In this document: piece by piece, positions 56,494-64,000 of the stretch
How the letters are laid out: the number at the start of each line of letters is the position of its first letter
Numbering within the stretch: the stretch's first letter is position 1
Assembly (NCBI GenBank): GCA_031432545.1
Contig: JAVKGX010000001.1
Coordinates: forward strand, 390,411-454,410
Reading direction: 5' to 3'
Length of the DNA stretch: 64,000 nucleotides
Source: Candidatus Caldifonticola tengchongensis
Lineage (GTDB): Bacteria; Sysuimicrobiota; Sysuimicrobiia; Sysuimicrobiales; Sysuimicrobiaceae
Made by a program: the position numbers and the translations under genes
The notes under the pieces: generated by a model
What the model was told of the DNA's origin: nothing
The model's input: only the letters and a program-made list of their open reading frames with translations
Database searches by the model: none

Positions 56494-57783
56494 ATGTCCG
56501 AGCGCGTCCTCCTCCGCCACGTCGATGTCGCCGATCAGGACGACATCGCGACCTACATGCGCAACGGCGGCTACGAGGCGCTGCGGCGCGCGCTGCGGGA
56601 GCACACGCCCGAACAGATCGTCCAGATGGTGGAGCGGTCGCAGCTGCGCGGCCGCGGCGGCGCGGGCTTCCCGACCGGTCGCAAGTGGCGGTTCGTACCG
56701 GCGGAGGCCCCCGTGAAGTACCTGGTCGTCAACGCCGACGAGGGAGAGCCCGGGACCTTCAAAGACCGGACCCTCATCGAAGGCGACCCGCACCTTCTCA
56801 TAGAGGGCATGATCCTCACCTGCTACGCGGTGGGCATCCGGCAGGCGTTCATCTACCTGCGGCGCGAGTTCTACCTGGGCGCCCGCAAGCTGGAGCGGGC
56901 GATCGCGCAGGCGTACGAGAGGGGTTTTTTGGGCCAGGACATCCTGGGGTCGGGCTTCGCCTGCGACATCGTGCTGCACCGCGGGGCCGGCGCCTACATC
57001 GCTGGGGAGGAGACCGCCCTGCTCGAGTCGCTTGAAGGGCAGCGGGCGATGCCGCGCCTGAAGCCTCCCTACTTTCCCGCGGTGATGGGCCTGTACAACA
57101 AGCCGACCGTCCTCAACAACGTCGAGACGCTGTGTTGCGTGCCGTGGATCGTCCGGGAGGGTCCGGACTGGTGGCTGCAGCAGGGGCCCCCACAGCTGTA
57201 CTCCGTCAGCGGCCACGTGAACCGGCCGGGTGTCGTCGAGGCGCCCTTGGGGATCACGCTGCGGGAGCTGATCGAACGCGCCGGTGGGATGCGGGACGGC
57301 CGCCGCTTCAAGGCTTGCTATCCGGGTGGCTCGTCCAGCAAGCCGCTCGTGGCCGAGCACCTGGACGTGCGCCTCGACCACGAGTCGCTGGCCAAGGTCG
57401 GCTCGATGCTGGGGTCGGCGGCGGTGATCGTGATGGACGAGACGACCGACATGGTGCGCGTGATCGCGCGCGTCTGCGAGTTCTACCGGGAGGAGTCGTG
57501 CGGAAAGTGCACGCCCTGCCGCGAGGGAACGGTGTGGGTGACACAAATCCTCGACCGGATCCTGCACGGGCGGGGCCGCATGGAAGACCTGGACCTGCTG
57601 CGCAGTCTGTCGAAGCACATGACCGGTACGTGTCTGTGCCCACTGGGCGAGAGCGTGCCGCCCAGCCTCAACGCCGGTCTGGAGTACTTTCGCGAGGAGT
57701 TCGAGGCGTACATCCGCAGGGCGCGGGAGCCCGTCGAGATGCCCGTGCGGATCGTGGAGAGCGTCCCCGCGCCGGGTGGATGA
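56494..57783 (+). CDS. nuoF: NADH-quinone oxidoreductase subunit F
   Basis: FMN/NADH-binding GRGGAGFPTG and 4Fe-4S ESCGKCTPCREG. Confidence 0.95.
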   Translation: MSERVLLRHVDVADQDDIATYMRNGGYEALRRALREHTPEQIVQMVERSQLRGRGGAGFPTGRKWRFVPAEAPVKYLVVNADEGEPGTFKDRTLIEGDPHLLIEGMILTCYAVGIRQAFIYLRREFYLGARKLERAIAQAYERGFLGQDILGSGFACDIVLHRGAGAYIAGEETALLESLEGQRAMPRLKPPYFPAVMGLYNKPTVLNNVETLCCVPWIVREGPDWWLQQGPPQLYSVSGHVNRPGVVEAPLGITLRELIERAGGMRDGRRFKACYPGGSSSKPLVAEHLDVRLDHESLAKVGSMLGSAAVIVMDETTDMVRVIARVCEFYREESCGKCTPCREGTVWVTQILDRILHGRGRMEDLDLLRSLSKHMTGTCLCPLGESVPPSLNAGLEYFREEFEAYIRRAREPVEMPVRIVESVPAPGG

Positions 57784-57867
57784 ACGACGTGCTGCGCGGT
57801 CGGCGGTCGCAGAGCGCTGAGGCGTTGCGCGCGTCGGCGGGCTCGATCCCGCGGGAGCCATCCTGAT

Positions 57868-60378
57868 ATGAGCGAGAGACCATCCACGGTCACACTGACG
57901 ATCGACGGGCAGAAGGTGACGGTGCCCAAGGGGACCACCGTCTACCACGCCGCCGAGCGGCTGGGGATCGAGATCCCGATCTTCTGCTACCACGACCGGA
58001 TGCCGCCATTGGGCGCGTGCCGGATGTGCTTCGTCCGGGTGGACGGCATGGCGCGCCTGCAGACCGCATGTACGCTGGAGGCCCAGGACGGCATGGTCGT
58101 GCACACCGAGTCGCCCGACGTCGTCGAAGCGCGGCAGGCGATCCTGGAGTTTTTGCTCATCAATCACCCCCTCGACTGCCCGATCTGCGACAAGGGCGGA
58201 GAGTGCCCCCTGCAGGACAACACCTTCAAGTACGGTCCCGGCATCTCGCGCTTCGTCGAACCCAAACGGCACTTTCCCAAGTCCGTCCCCCTCAGCCCGG
58301 TGCTGACGCTGGACCGCGAGCGCTGCATCATGTGCTGGCGCTGCACGCGGTTCGGGGAGATCATCGCCGGAGACCATGCCCTCAAGGGACATGAGCGGGG
58401 ATACCTGACGCACATCGACGTGCCACCCATCACGATGGAACGTCCCAGCAAGTTCATCGGCAACACGATTGCGATCTGCCCGGTCGGCGCGCTGACCAGC
58501 GGCGTGTACCGCTTCCGCTCCCGGCCCTGGAACAACCGCGCGGTGCCCAGCGTCTGCAACCACTGCGGGGTGGGCTGCGCGATGACGCTGGACGTCCGCG
58601 GTGGCGAGGTCGTCCGCACGCGCGCCCGCGAGAATACGGCGATCAACGACGTCTGGATGTGCGACGTCGGTTTCTTCGGCTACGACTACATCAACCGCCC
58701 CGACCGCCTGCGCAGCCCCTACGTCCGGGACGGCGCCGGGTTGCGCGAGGCGACGTGGGCCGAAGCGCTCGACGTGGTGGCCTCGCACCTGCGCGGCGCC
58801 GCGCCCCAGACGATCGGGGCGGTCGGCGGAGAGCGGCTGACACTGGAGGAGTCGTATCTGCTGAGCCGCCTGTTCCGCAGCCTGGGCAGCAACAACCTCG
58901 ACTCCCGCTGCGATACCCTGTACGCACCGCCGACCCGGGACTGGGCCTGGGGCATGGAGGGCGCGATCGACCGGATCGACCGCGCCTCAGTGATCGTGCT
59001 GGTGGGATGCGACCTCAGCGAGGAGTACCCGGTGGTGTGGCTGCGTGCCAAACGCGCCGCAGACCGGGGCGGGCGCATCGTCGCGCTCGCCCCGAAGCGG
59101 CTGGAGATCTCCCCCTACTGTTCTCCGGCGATCCTTCACAACTACGGATGGGAGGACCGGCTGGTGTGGGCACTGGTCAGGCTGTGCGCCGAACGCAAGG
59201 GCGAGGCTGCCACGCATGCGCTGGACGCAGTCGACGTCGACGCGACGGCCGCGGGCTCGGGCGTGCCCCGCCCGGTCCTGGAGTCGGTCGCAGCCGCCCT
59301 GGCGGCGGGCGGGGAGGCCGTGTTCCTGGTCGGTCGGATGGCGCTGGAAGGCCCGGTCGCAACCGGAGTGCTGGAGGCGGTCAACACGCTGCGCGCCGTC
59401 AGCGGCGGGACCCTGTCGTTGATGCGCGGACGGGGCAGCGCGGCGGCGGCCGCCGTCGCCGGGATGGTCCCCGACTGTCTGCCCGGGTTGAGCGCCCTCG
59501 ACGACCCCGACGCCCGCCGACGGGTGCAGGGGACGTGGGGGATCGCTGTGCCGGAGCGGCCCGGGTTGGGCACCCCGCAGATGCTGGATGCGGCTGCGCA
59601 AGGCGGGATCTCGGTTCTGTACCTCGCCGGGGCGGATTTGGCGCGCGACTTCCCCGACCGCGACCTGTGGCGGCGCGCCCGCCACCGCTTGGGCCTGCTC
59701 GTGGTGACCGACCTGTTCTGGACCGACACCGCGCAGCAGGCGGACGTCGTGCTGCCGGCGCTGACCTTCGCGGAGAAGGGCGGGACTGCGGGAAACATCG
59801 AGGCGCGGCCGCAGCGGATCCAGCAGGCGACGGTGGGGCCCTCGGGCGCGTGGGCCGACCTGACGATCATTCAGGCGCTGGCCGATCGCCTGGGGTTTCC
59901 CCTCGCCTACGCGACGGTCGGTGAGATCTGGGAGGAGATGCAGCAGGTGATCCCCGGGCTCGCCGAGGGCGAGCCGTATCCGCTGCCCCGCCGCCCGGCG
60001 CGGGTGGAGGCCCCCTCCGCCGCTCCCGGCGATCCCCTGCCTCCGGGAGAGGGGCTCGTTGTCGTGCCGTGGACGCCCCTGTTCCGCCGGGGGACGATGG
60101 CCTCGCGCTGCCGCGGCCTGCCGGACCTGGCCGGTGCGCCGCGAGCGACGCTACATCCGGACGACGCCGGGCGTGTGGGCGTCTTGAGCGGGGACGAGGT
60201 CGAGCTGGCGGTGGACGGGCAGGCCGCTCGCCTGACGGCGCACATCGCGCCCGACGTGCTCCCCGGCCACGTCCTGGTGCCGCTGGGGTTCGAGGAGGTG
60301 CCCGCAGCCGAGTGGCGTCTGGCCGGACGGGTCGTGCGCGCGTCGGTGCGGGTCCTGCAGCGAACGAGGCAGGCATGA
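57868..60378 (+). CDS. nuoG: NADH-quinone oxidoreductase subunit G
   Basis: N-terminal 2Fe-2S and 4Fe-4S motifs (CRMCFV..., HPLDCPICDKGGECPLQ, CIMCWRCTRF), then molybdopterin-like domain. 836 aa. Confidence 0.95.
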   Translation: MSERPSTVTLTIDGQKVTVPKGTTVYHAAERLGIEIPIFCYHDRMPPLGACRMCFVRVDGMARLQTACTLEAQDGMVVHTESPDVVEARQAILEFLLINHPLDCPICDKGGECPLQDNTFKYGPGISRFVEPKRHFPKSVPLSPVLTLDRERCIMCWRCTRFGEIIAGDHALKGHERGYLTHIDVPPITMERPSKFIGNTIAICPVGALTSGVYRFRSRPWNNRAVPSVCNHCGVGCAMTLDVRGGEVVRTRARENTAINDVWMCDVGFFGYDYINRPDRLRSPYVRDGAGLREATWAEALDVVASHLRGAAPQTIGAVGGERLTLEESYLLSRLFRSLGSNNLDSRCDTLYAPPTRDWAWGMEGAIDRIDRASVIVLVGCDLSEEYPVVWLRAKRAADRGGRIVALAPKRLEISPYCSPAILHNYGWEDRLVWALVRLCAERKGEAATHALDAVDVDATAAGSGVPRPVLESVAAALAAGGEAVFLVGRMALEGPVATGVLEAVNTLRAVSGGTLSLMRGRGSAAAAAVAGMVPDCLPGLSALDDPDARRRVQGTWGIAVPERPGLGTPQMLDAAAQGGISVLYLAGADLARDFPDRDLWRRARHRLGLLVVTDLFWTDTAQQADVVLPALTFAEKGGTAGNIEARPQRIQQATVGPSGAWADLTIIQALADRLGFPLAYATVGEIWEEMQQVIPGLAEGEPYPLPRRPARVEAPSAAPGDPLPPGEGLVVVPWTPLFRRGTMASRCRGLPDLAGAPRATLHPDDAGRVGVLSGDEVELAVDGQAARLTAHIAPDVLPGHVLVPLGFEEVPAAEWRLAGRVVRASVRVLQRTRQA

Positions 60379-61349
60379 TCGCCGTCGTCGTGGAGGCGGC
60401 GGTCAAGAGCGCCCTGCTGGCCTTCGTGTTGCTCACGGCCACCGCGTATACGGTGCTGCTGGAGCGCAAACTGCTGGGACGCTTCCAGGTGCGGTACGGT
60501 CCCAACCGCGTCGGCCCGGCTGGACTCCTCCAACCCCTGGCCGATGGCATCAAGCTGCTCACCAAGGAGAGCTTCGTCCCGCAGGGCGCAGACCGTTTGG
60601 TCTACCTGCTGTCGCCGGTCCTGATCACCGTCACCGCGCTGTTCGTGTACGCGGTGATTCCCTTCGGGCCGCCGTTTGAGGTGTTCGGCTACCGGGTCAC
60701 CCCCTACGTCGCCGACCCCAACGTCGGCATCCTGCTGGTGCTGGGGGCGTCTTCGGTCGGCGTCTACGGGCTGATCTTGGGCGGATGGTCGTCCAACAGC
60801 AAGTACTCCCTGCTGGGCGGTCTGCGCAGCAGCGCGCAGGTGATCTCCTACGAGCTGAGCCTGGCCCTGGCGGTGGTCGGCGTCGTGCTGGCGGCAGGCA
60901 GCCTGAGTCTGGTGCGGATCGTGGAAGCCCAGCAGGAGGGGTGGTTCGTCGTCCGCCAGCCGGTGGCGTTCGTGATCTTCTTCCTGTCGGCGCTGGCCGA
61001 GACGAACCGGGCACCGTTCGACCTCCCCGAGGCCGAGCAGGAGCTGATCGCCGGATACCAGACGGAGTACGGCGGCTTCAAATTCGGCATGTTTTACATC
61101 GCCGAGTACCTGGCGATCATCACCCAGAGTGCTTTGGCCGCCACGCTGTTCTTCGGGGGCTGGATGGGCCCATGGTTGCCCGGCATCGTCTGGTTCGCGA
61201 TCAAGGTCACGGTCTTCGTGATGGTCTTCATCTGGATCCGGGCCACCGTCCCGCGCGTACGTTATGATCAGTTGATGGGGCTGGGTTGGAAGATCCTCAT
61301 CCCGGTCGCGCTGGGAAACGTGGTCGTGACGGCGTTGTTCGTGGTCTAG
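60375..61349 (+). CDS. nuoH: NADH-quinone oxidoreductase subunit H
   Basis: ATGA overlap with nuoG. 8 TM helices. [17 protein letters not shown] and [13 protein letters not shown] motifs. Confidence 0.95.
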   Translation: MIAVVVEAAVKSALLAFVLLTATAYTVLLERKLLGRFQVRYGPNRVGPAGLLQPLADGIKLLTKESFVPQGADRLVYLLSPVLITVTALFVYAVIPFGPPFEVFGYRVTPYVADPNVGILLVLGASSVGVYGLILGGWSSNSKYSLLGGLRSSAQVISYELSLALAVVGVVLAAGSLSLVRIVEAQQEGWFVVRQPVAFVIFFLSALAETNRAPFDLPEAEQELIAGYQTEYGGFKFGMFYIAEYLAIITQSALAATLFFGGWMGPWLPGIVWFAIKVTVFVMVFIWIRATVPRVRYDQLMGLGWKILIPVALGNVVVTALFVV

Positions 61350-61363
61350 CGGCGGAGCGGAGC

Positions 61364-61855
61364 ATGGCGAATCGGAACGGCTGGCAGCGCGCGCTCGTCG
61401 AGACGACCGCCATCCTCAAGGGGATGGCGGTCACCTTCCGCTACCTGTTCCGCCGCCCCGTGACGATCCAGTATCCGGAAGAGCGTCCCACGGTCCCCCA
61501 GCGGTTCAAGGGCCGACACTGGCTGACGCTGTACCCCGACGGGGACGAGCGCTGTGTGGGCTGCGAGCTGTGCGTGATCGTCTGCCCGTCGCAAGCGATC
61601 TACGTCAAGGCGGCGGAGAACACGCCGCAGCGGCGCGTCAGCAAGGGCGAGCGGTACGCCGAGGAGTTCCAGATCAACATGCTGCGCTGCATCTTCTGCG
61701 GGTTCTGTGAGGAGGCGTGCCCGACCGGCGCCATCGTGCTGGGGCACGAATTCGAACTCGCCGACTACAGCCGCGAGGCGCTCATCTACACCAAGGAGAT
61801 GCTGCAGGAGCCGTATCCCGGCGCCTCGGGCCGGGATCCCGCGCGAGAGGTGTAG
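61364..61855 (+). CDS. nuoI: NADH-quinone oxidoreductase subunit I
   Basis: Two 4Fe-4S ferredoxin motifs [12 protein letters not shown] and [12 protein letters not shown]. Confidence 0.95.
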   Translation: MANRNGWQRALVETTAILKGMAVTFRYLFRRPVTIQYPEERPTVPQRFKGRHWLTLYPDGDERCVGCELCVIVCPSQAIYVKAAENTPQRRVSKGERYAEEFQINMLRCIFCGFCEEACPTGAIVLGHEFELADYSREALIYTKEMLQEPYPGASGRDPAREV

Positions 61856-61949
61856 CGGGGAGGCGCGTCGCCTCCCGTGGCCGTGGCGCCAGCGCCCGGT
61901 CGGGCCGAAACCCCGCTCGCGACTTCTGCGTGCGGGCAAGAGGGGGAGA

Positions 61950-62480
61950 ATGGAAGTCCTGTTGTTCACGATCGCATCGGCGCTGTCAATCGCCGGCGGC
62001 GTGGGCGTCATCGCCGCGCGTCAGCCCGTCCACAGCGCGCTGGCGCTGCTGCTCGTGCTCGGCTCCCTGGCGGCGCTGTACCTGACGCTGGCCGCGGAGT
62101 TCGTCGCCGTGCTGCAGGTCATCCTCTACGCGGGCGCGATCGTCGTGTTGTTCCTGTTCGTCATCATGCTGCTGCACGCTCGTTCCCCGGAGCAGCAGCG
62201 ACCTGCGCGGGCCGGGCCGCTGGCGATCCCGGCGGCGGTCTTCGGGGTGCTGCTGGTGGCGGCCATCTCCATCGCCGTGCTGCGCGACCTCGGTGGTGCG
62301 GTCGCGGCGAGCCCCCCGGAGGGATTCGGCACCACCGAGGCGGTGGGCCGGGAGTTGTTCACGCGCTTCGTCCTGCCGTTCGAGGCGGCGGGGATCCTCC
62401 TGCTCATCGGCATCGTCGCCGGCGTCGTGCTCGGCAAGGCTCCGGCGCGCCGATCCGACGGAGAGCGAGGGGAGCCGTGA
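61950..62480 (+). CDS. nuoJ: NADH-quinone oxidoreductase subunit J
   Basis: AGGGGGAG RBS. 5 TM helices typical of NuoJ. Confidence 0.85.
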   Translation: MEVLLFTIASALSIAGGVGVIAARQPVHSALALLLVLGSLAALYLTLAAEFVAVLQVILYAGAIVVLFLFVIMLLHARSPEQQRPARAGPLAIPAAVFGVLLVAAISIAVLRDLGGAVAASPPEGFGTTEAVGRELFTRFVLPFEAAGILLLIGIVAGVVLGKAPARRSDGERGEP

Positions 62481-62782
62481 CGGTCCCGGTCGCCGCCTAC
62501 GTGCTGGTGAGCGCTGTGCTGTTCGCGCTAGGGACGGTCGGGGTGCTCATCCGGCGCACCGCCCTGGTGCTGTTCATGTCGATCGAGCTGATGCTCAACG
62601 CCGTCAACCTGGCGCTGGTGGCGTTCGCCCGTCTGCACGCGCACATGGGCGGGCAGCTCATCGTGTTCTTCGTGCTGGTGGTCGCGGCGGTCGAGGTCGT
62701 CGTCGGATTGGCGATCATCGTCGACATCTTCCGCAGCCGCGACACCGTGGACGTGGACGAGATCGATCTGCTGAGAGGGTAG
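62477..62782 (+). CDS. nuoK: NADH-quinone oxidoreductase subunit K
   Basis: GTGA overlap with nuoJ. 3 TM helices. [17 protein letters not shown] motif. Confidence 0.9.
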   Translation: MTVPVAAYVLVSAVLFALGTVGVLIRRTALVLFMSIELMLNAVNLALVAFARLHAHMGGQLIVFFVLVVAAVEVVVGLAIIVDIFRSRDTVDVDEIDLLRG

Positions 62783-62802
62783 GCGGCGCGGCCGACCGGA
62801 CC

Positions 62803-64000
62803 ATGACCTACATTCCCTGGATCGTGGGGCTTCCGCTGGCGGGCTGCGTGGTCAACGGGCTCGTCGGTGGCCGTCTGGGACACCGTGCGGTCTCCGCCGT
62901 CGCGTGCCTGTCCGTGCTGGGTGCGTTCGCGCTCGGCGTCATCGGGCTGCGCCAGCTGGCGGGGATGCCCGAGCAGGCCGTCGTCAAGGTCTGGCTGTTC
63001 GAGTGGATCCCCGCCGGCGACCTGCGAGTCGCGGCGGCGCTGCAGCTGGATCGCCTCTCAGCGCTGATGGTGGTGGTCGTCGCGGGCGTGGGGTTTTTGA
63101 TCCACGTCTACTCGGTCGGCTACATGGCCGGGGACCCCGCTTACAGCCGGTACTTCACCTACCTGAATCTGTTCACCGCTTCGATGTTGCTGTTGGTGCT
63201 GGCGGCGAACGTGCTCGTGCTGTTCGTGGGCTGGGAGCTGGTCGGCCTGTGCTCGTATCTGTTGATCGGTTTCTGGTTCGAACGCGAGGCGGCCGCCGCG
63301 GCAGGTCGGAAGGCGTTCGTCGTAAACCGGATCGGCGATGCGGCCTTTTTGCTGGGCATCTGCCTGCTGTTCGCCACGCTCGGCACGCTGGACTTCGAGG
63401 AGGTCGGGCGGGCCGCGCAGACGGCGCAGGCGGATCTGCCGCCCGAACGACACGCCCTGCTCACACCGATCGCGCTGCTGCTGTTCGCGGGCGCGACCGG
63501 GAAGTCCGCGCAGCTGCCGCTGTATGTCTGGCTGCCGGACGCGATGGAAGGGCCGACCCCCGTCTCCGCGCTGATCCACGCGGCCACGATGGTCACCGCG
63601 GGCGTGTACATGATCGCGCGGCTGTGGCCGCTGTTCGCCGCGGCGGACTGGGTGCTGGCGAACGTCGTCGCCGTCATCGGAGCCGCCACCGCCCTGTTCG
63701 CCGCCACCGTGGCTGTGGCGCAAAACGACCTCAAGCGCGTGCTCGCCTACTCGACGATCAGCCAGCTCGGATACATGTTCCTCGCGCTCGGCGTGGGGGC
63801 GGCGACCGCCGGGATGTTCCACCTGACCACCCACGCGTTCTTCAAGGCGCTGCTGTTTTTGGCTGCCGGCAGCGTGATGCACGCGATGCACGGCCTCGTC
63901 GACGTCCGGCGCCTGGGAGGTTTGGCCCGCGCCATGCCGCTGACGTTCGCGGGCTTTTCGATCGGCGCGCTGGCGCTGGCCGGCATCCCCCCGCTGGCGG
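62803..64000 (+). CDS. nuoL: NADH-quinone oxidoreductase subunit L (3' end beyond window)
   Basis: Open frame from ATG 62803 to the window end. MTYIPWIVGLPLAG...WLPDAMEGPTPVSALIHAATMVTAGVYM antiporter-like subunit motifs. Confidence 0.9.
   Translation, partial: MTYIPWIVGLPLAGCVVNGLVGGRLGHRAVSAVACLSVLGAFALGVIGLRQLAGMPEQAVVKVWLFEWIPAGDLRVAAALQLDRLSALMVVVVAGVGFLIHVYSVGYMAGDPAYSRYFTYLNLFTASMLLLVLAANVLVLFVGWELVGLCSYLLIGFWFEREAAAAAGRKAFVVNRIGDAAFLLGICLLFATLGTLDFEEVGRAAQTAQADLPPERHALLTPIALLLFAGATGKSAQLPLYVWLPDAMEGPTPVSALIHAATMVTAGVYMIARLWPLFAAADWVLANVVAVIGAATALFAATVAVAQNDLKRVLAYSTISQLGYMFLALGVGAATAGMFHLTTHAFFKALLFLAAGSVMHAMHGLVDVRRLGGLARAMPLTFAGFSIGALALAGIPPLA

Noticed and set aside
56335-58788. 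817-aa minus-strand ORF and similar long antisense ORFs across nuo (55029-55391, 59142-59870)
   Set aside because: Antisense to nuoF/nuoG, whose cofactor-binding motifs are unmistakable.
1-64000. CRISPR arrays, integrases/transposases, rRNA genes
   Set aside because: No regularly spaced direct repeats, no recombinase-like ORFs and no rRNA-like sequence were seen. Only one tRNA was found.

Overview
High-GC (~70%) bacterial chromosomal segment, coding on both strands with extensive antisense 'shadow' ORFs. I selected frames by recognisable protein families, RBS/start context and the very common 4-nt start/stop overlaps (ATGA/GTGA/TTGA). The window is mostly core metabolism and envelope/stress genes. 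From the 5' end: DNA pol III delta' (3' fragment), endonuclease IV, a DMT transporter, a trans-sulfuration PLP enzyme, an FAD oxidoreductase, a DUF6152/DUF6644-like pair, and an HtrA-like protease followed by an OmpR-type regulator and histidine kinase. Then a GntR regulator, ddl, dapF, a HAD-IIA hydrolase, an archaeal-type phosphoglycerate mutase (ApgM family), plsC, convergent pcm, and a sulfur/molybdenum block: rhodanese, DUF4395, thioredoxin-like protein, mobA, a T-box leader plus archaeal-type proS, a YdeP/FdhF-like molybdopterin oxidoreductase, fdhD and a second mobA. Next come an amidohydrolase, ogt with two tiny zinc-ribbon genes, an ECF sigma / anti-sigma / Spy-like operon, tRNA-Leu(CAG) with an adjacent HTH plus zinc-ribbon pair, an MrfA-type DEXH helicase, an RsmI-GGCT fusion, an orphan SagB-type dehydrogenase and a twice-frameshifted PD-(D/E)XK nuclease. 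The 3' part carries paaK-paaI, MFS/DMT transporters, thyA, a tightly coupled NUDIX-metallophosphoesterase-PHP operon beside a WYL regulator, a MerR regulator, a Cache-HAMP-GAF-HD-GYP sensor, a NifS-type cysteine desulfurase, a vapC remnant and a 14-subunit-type complex I operon nuoA-L (nuoL runs off the window). No CRISPR array, integrase, transposase or rRNA was seen. The most notable non-coding signals are a canonical T-box leader before proS and a possible Cys-containing leader peptide/attenuator before the rhodanese operon. I found no single, clearly novel multi-gene system. The candidates worth follow-up are listed as findings with modest interest scores.
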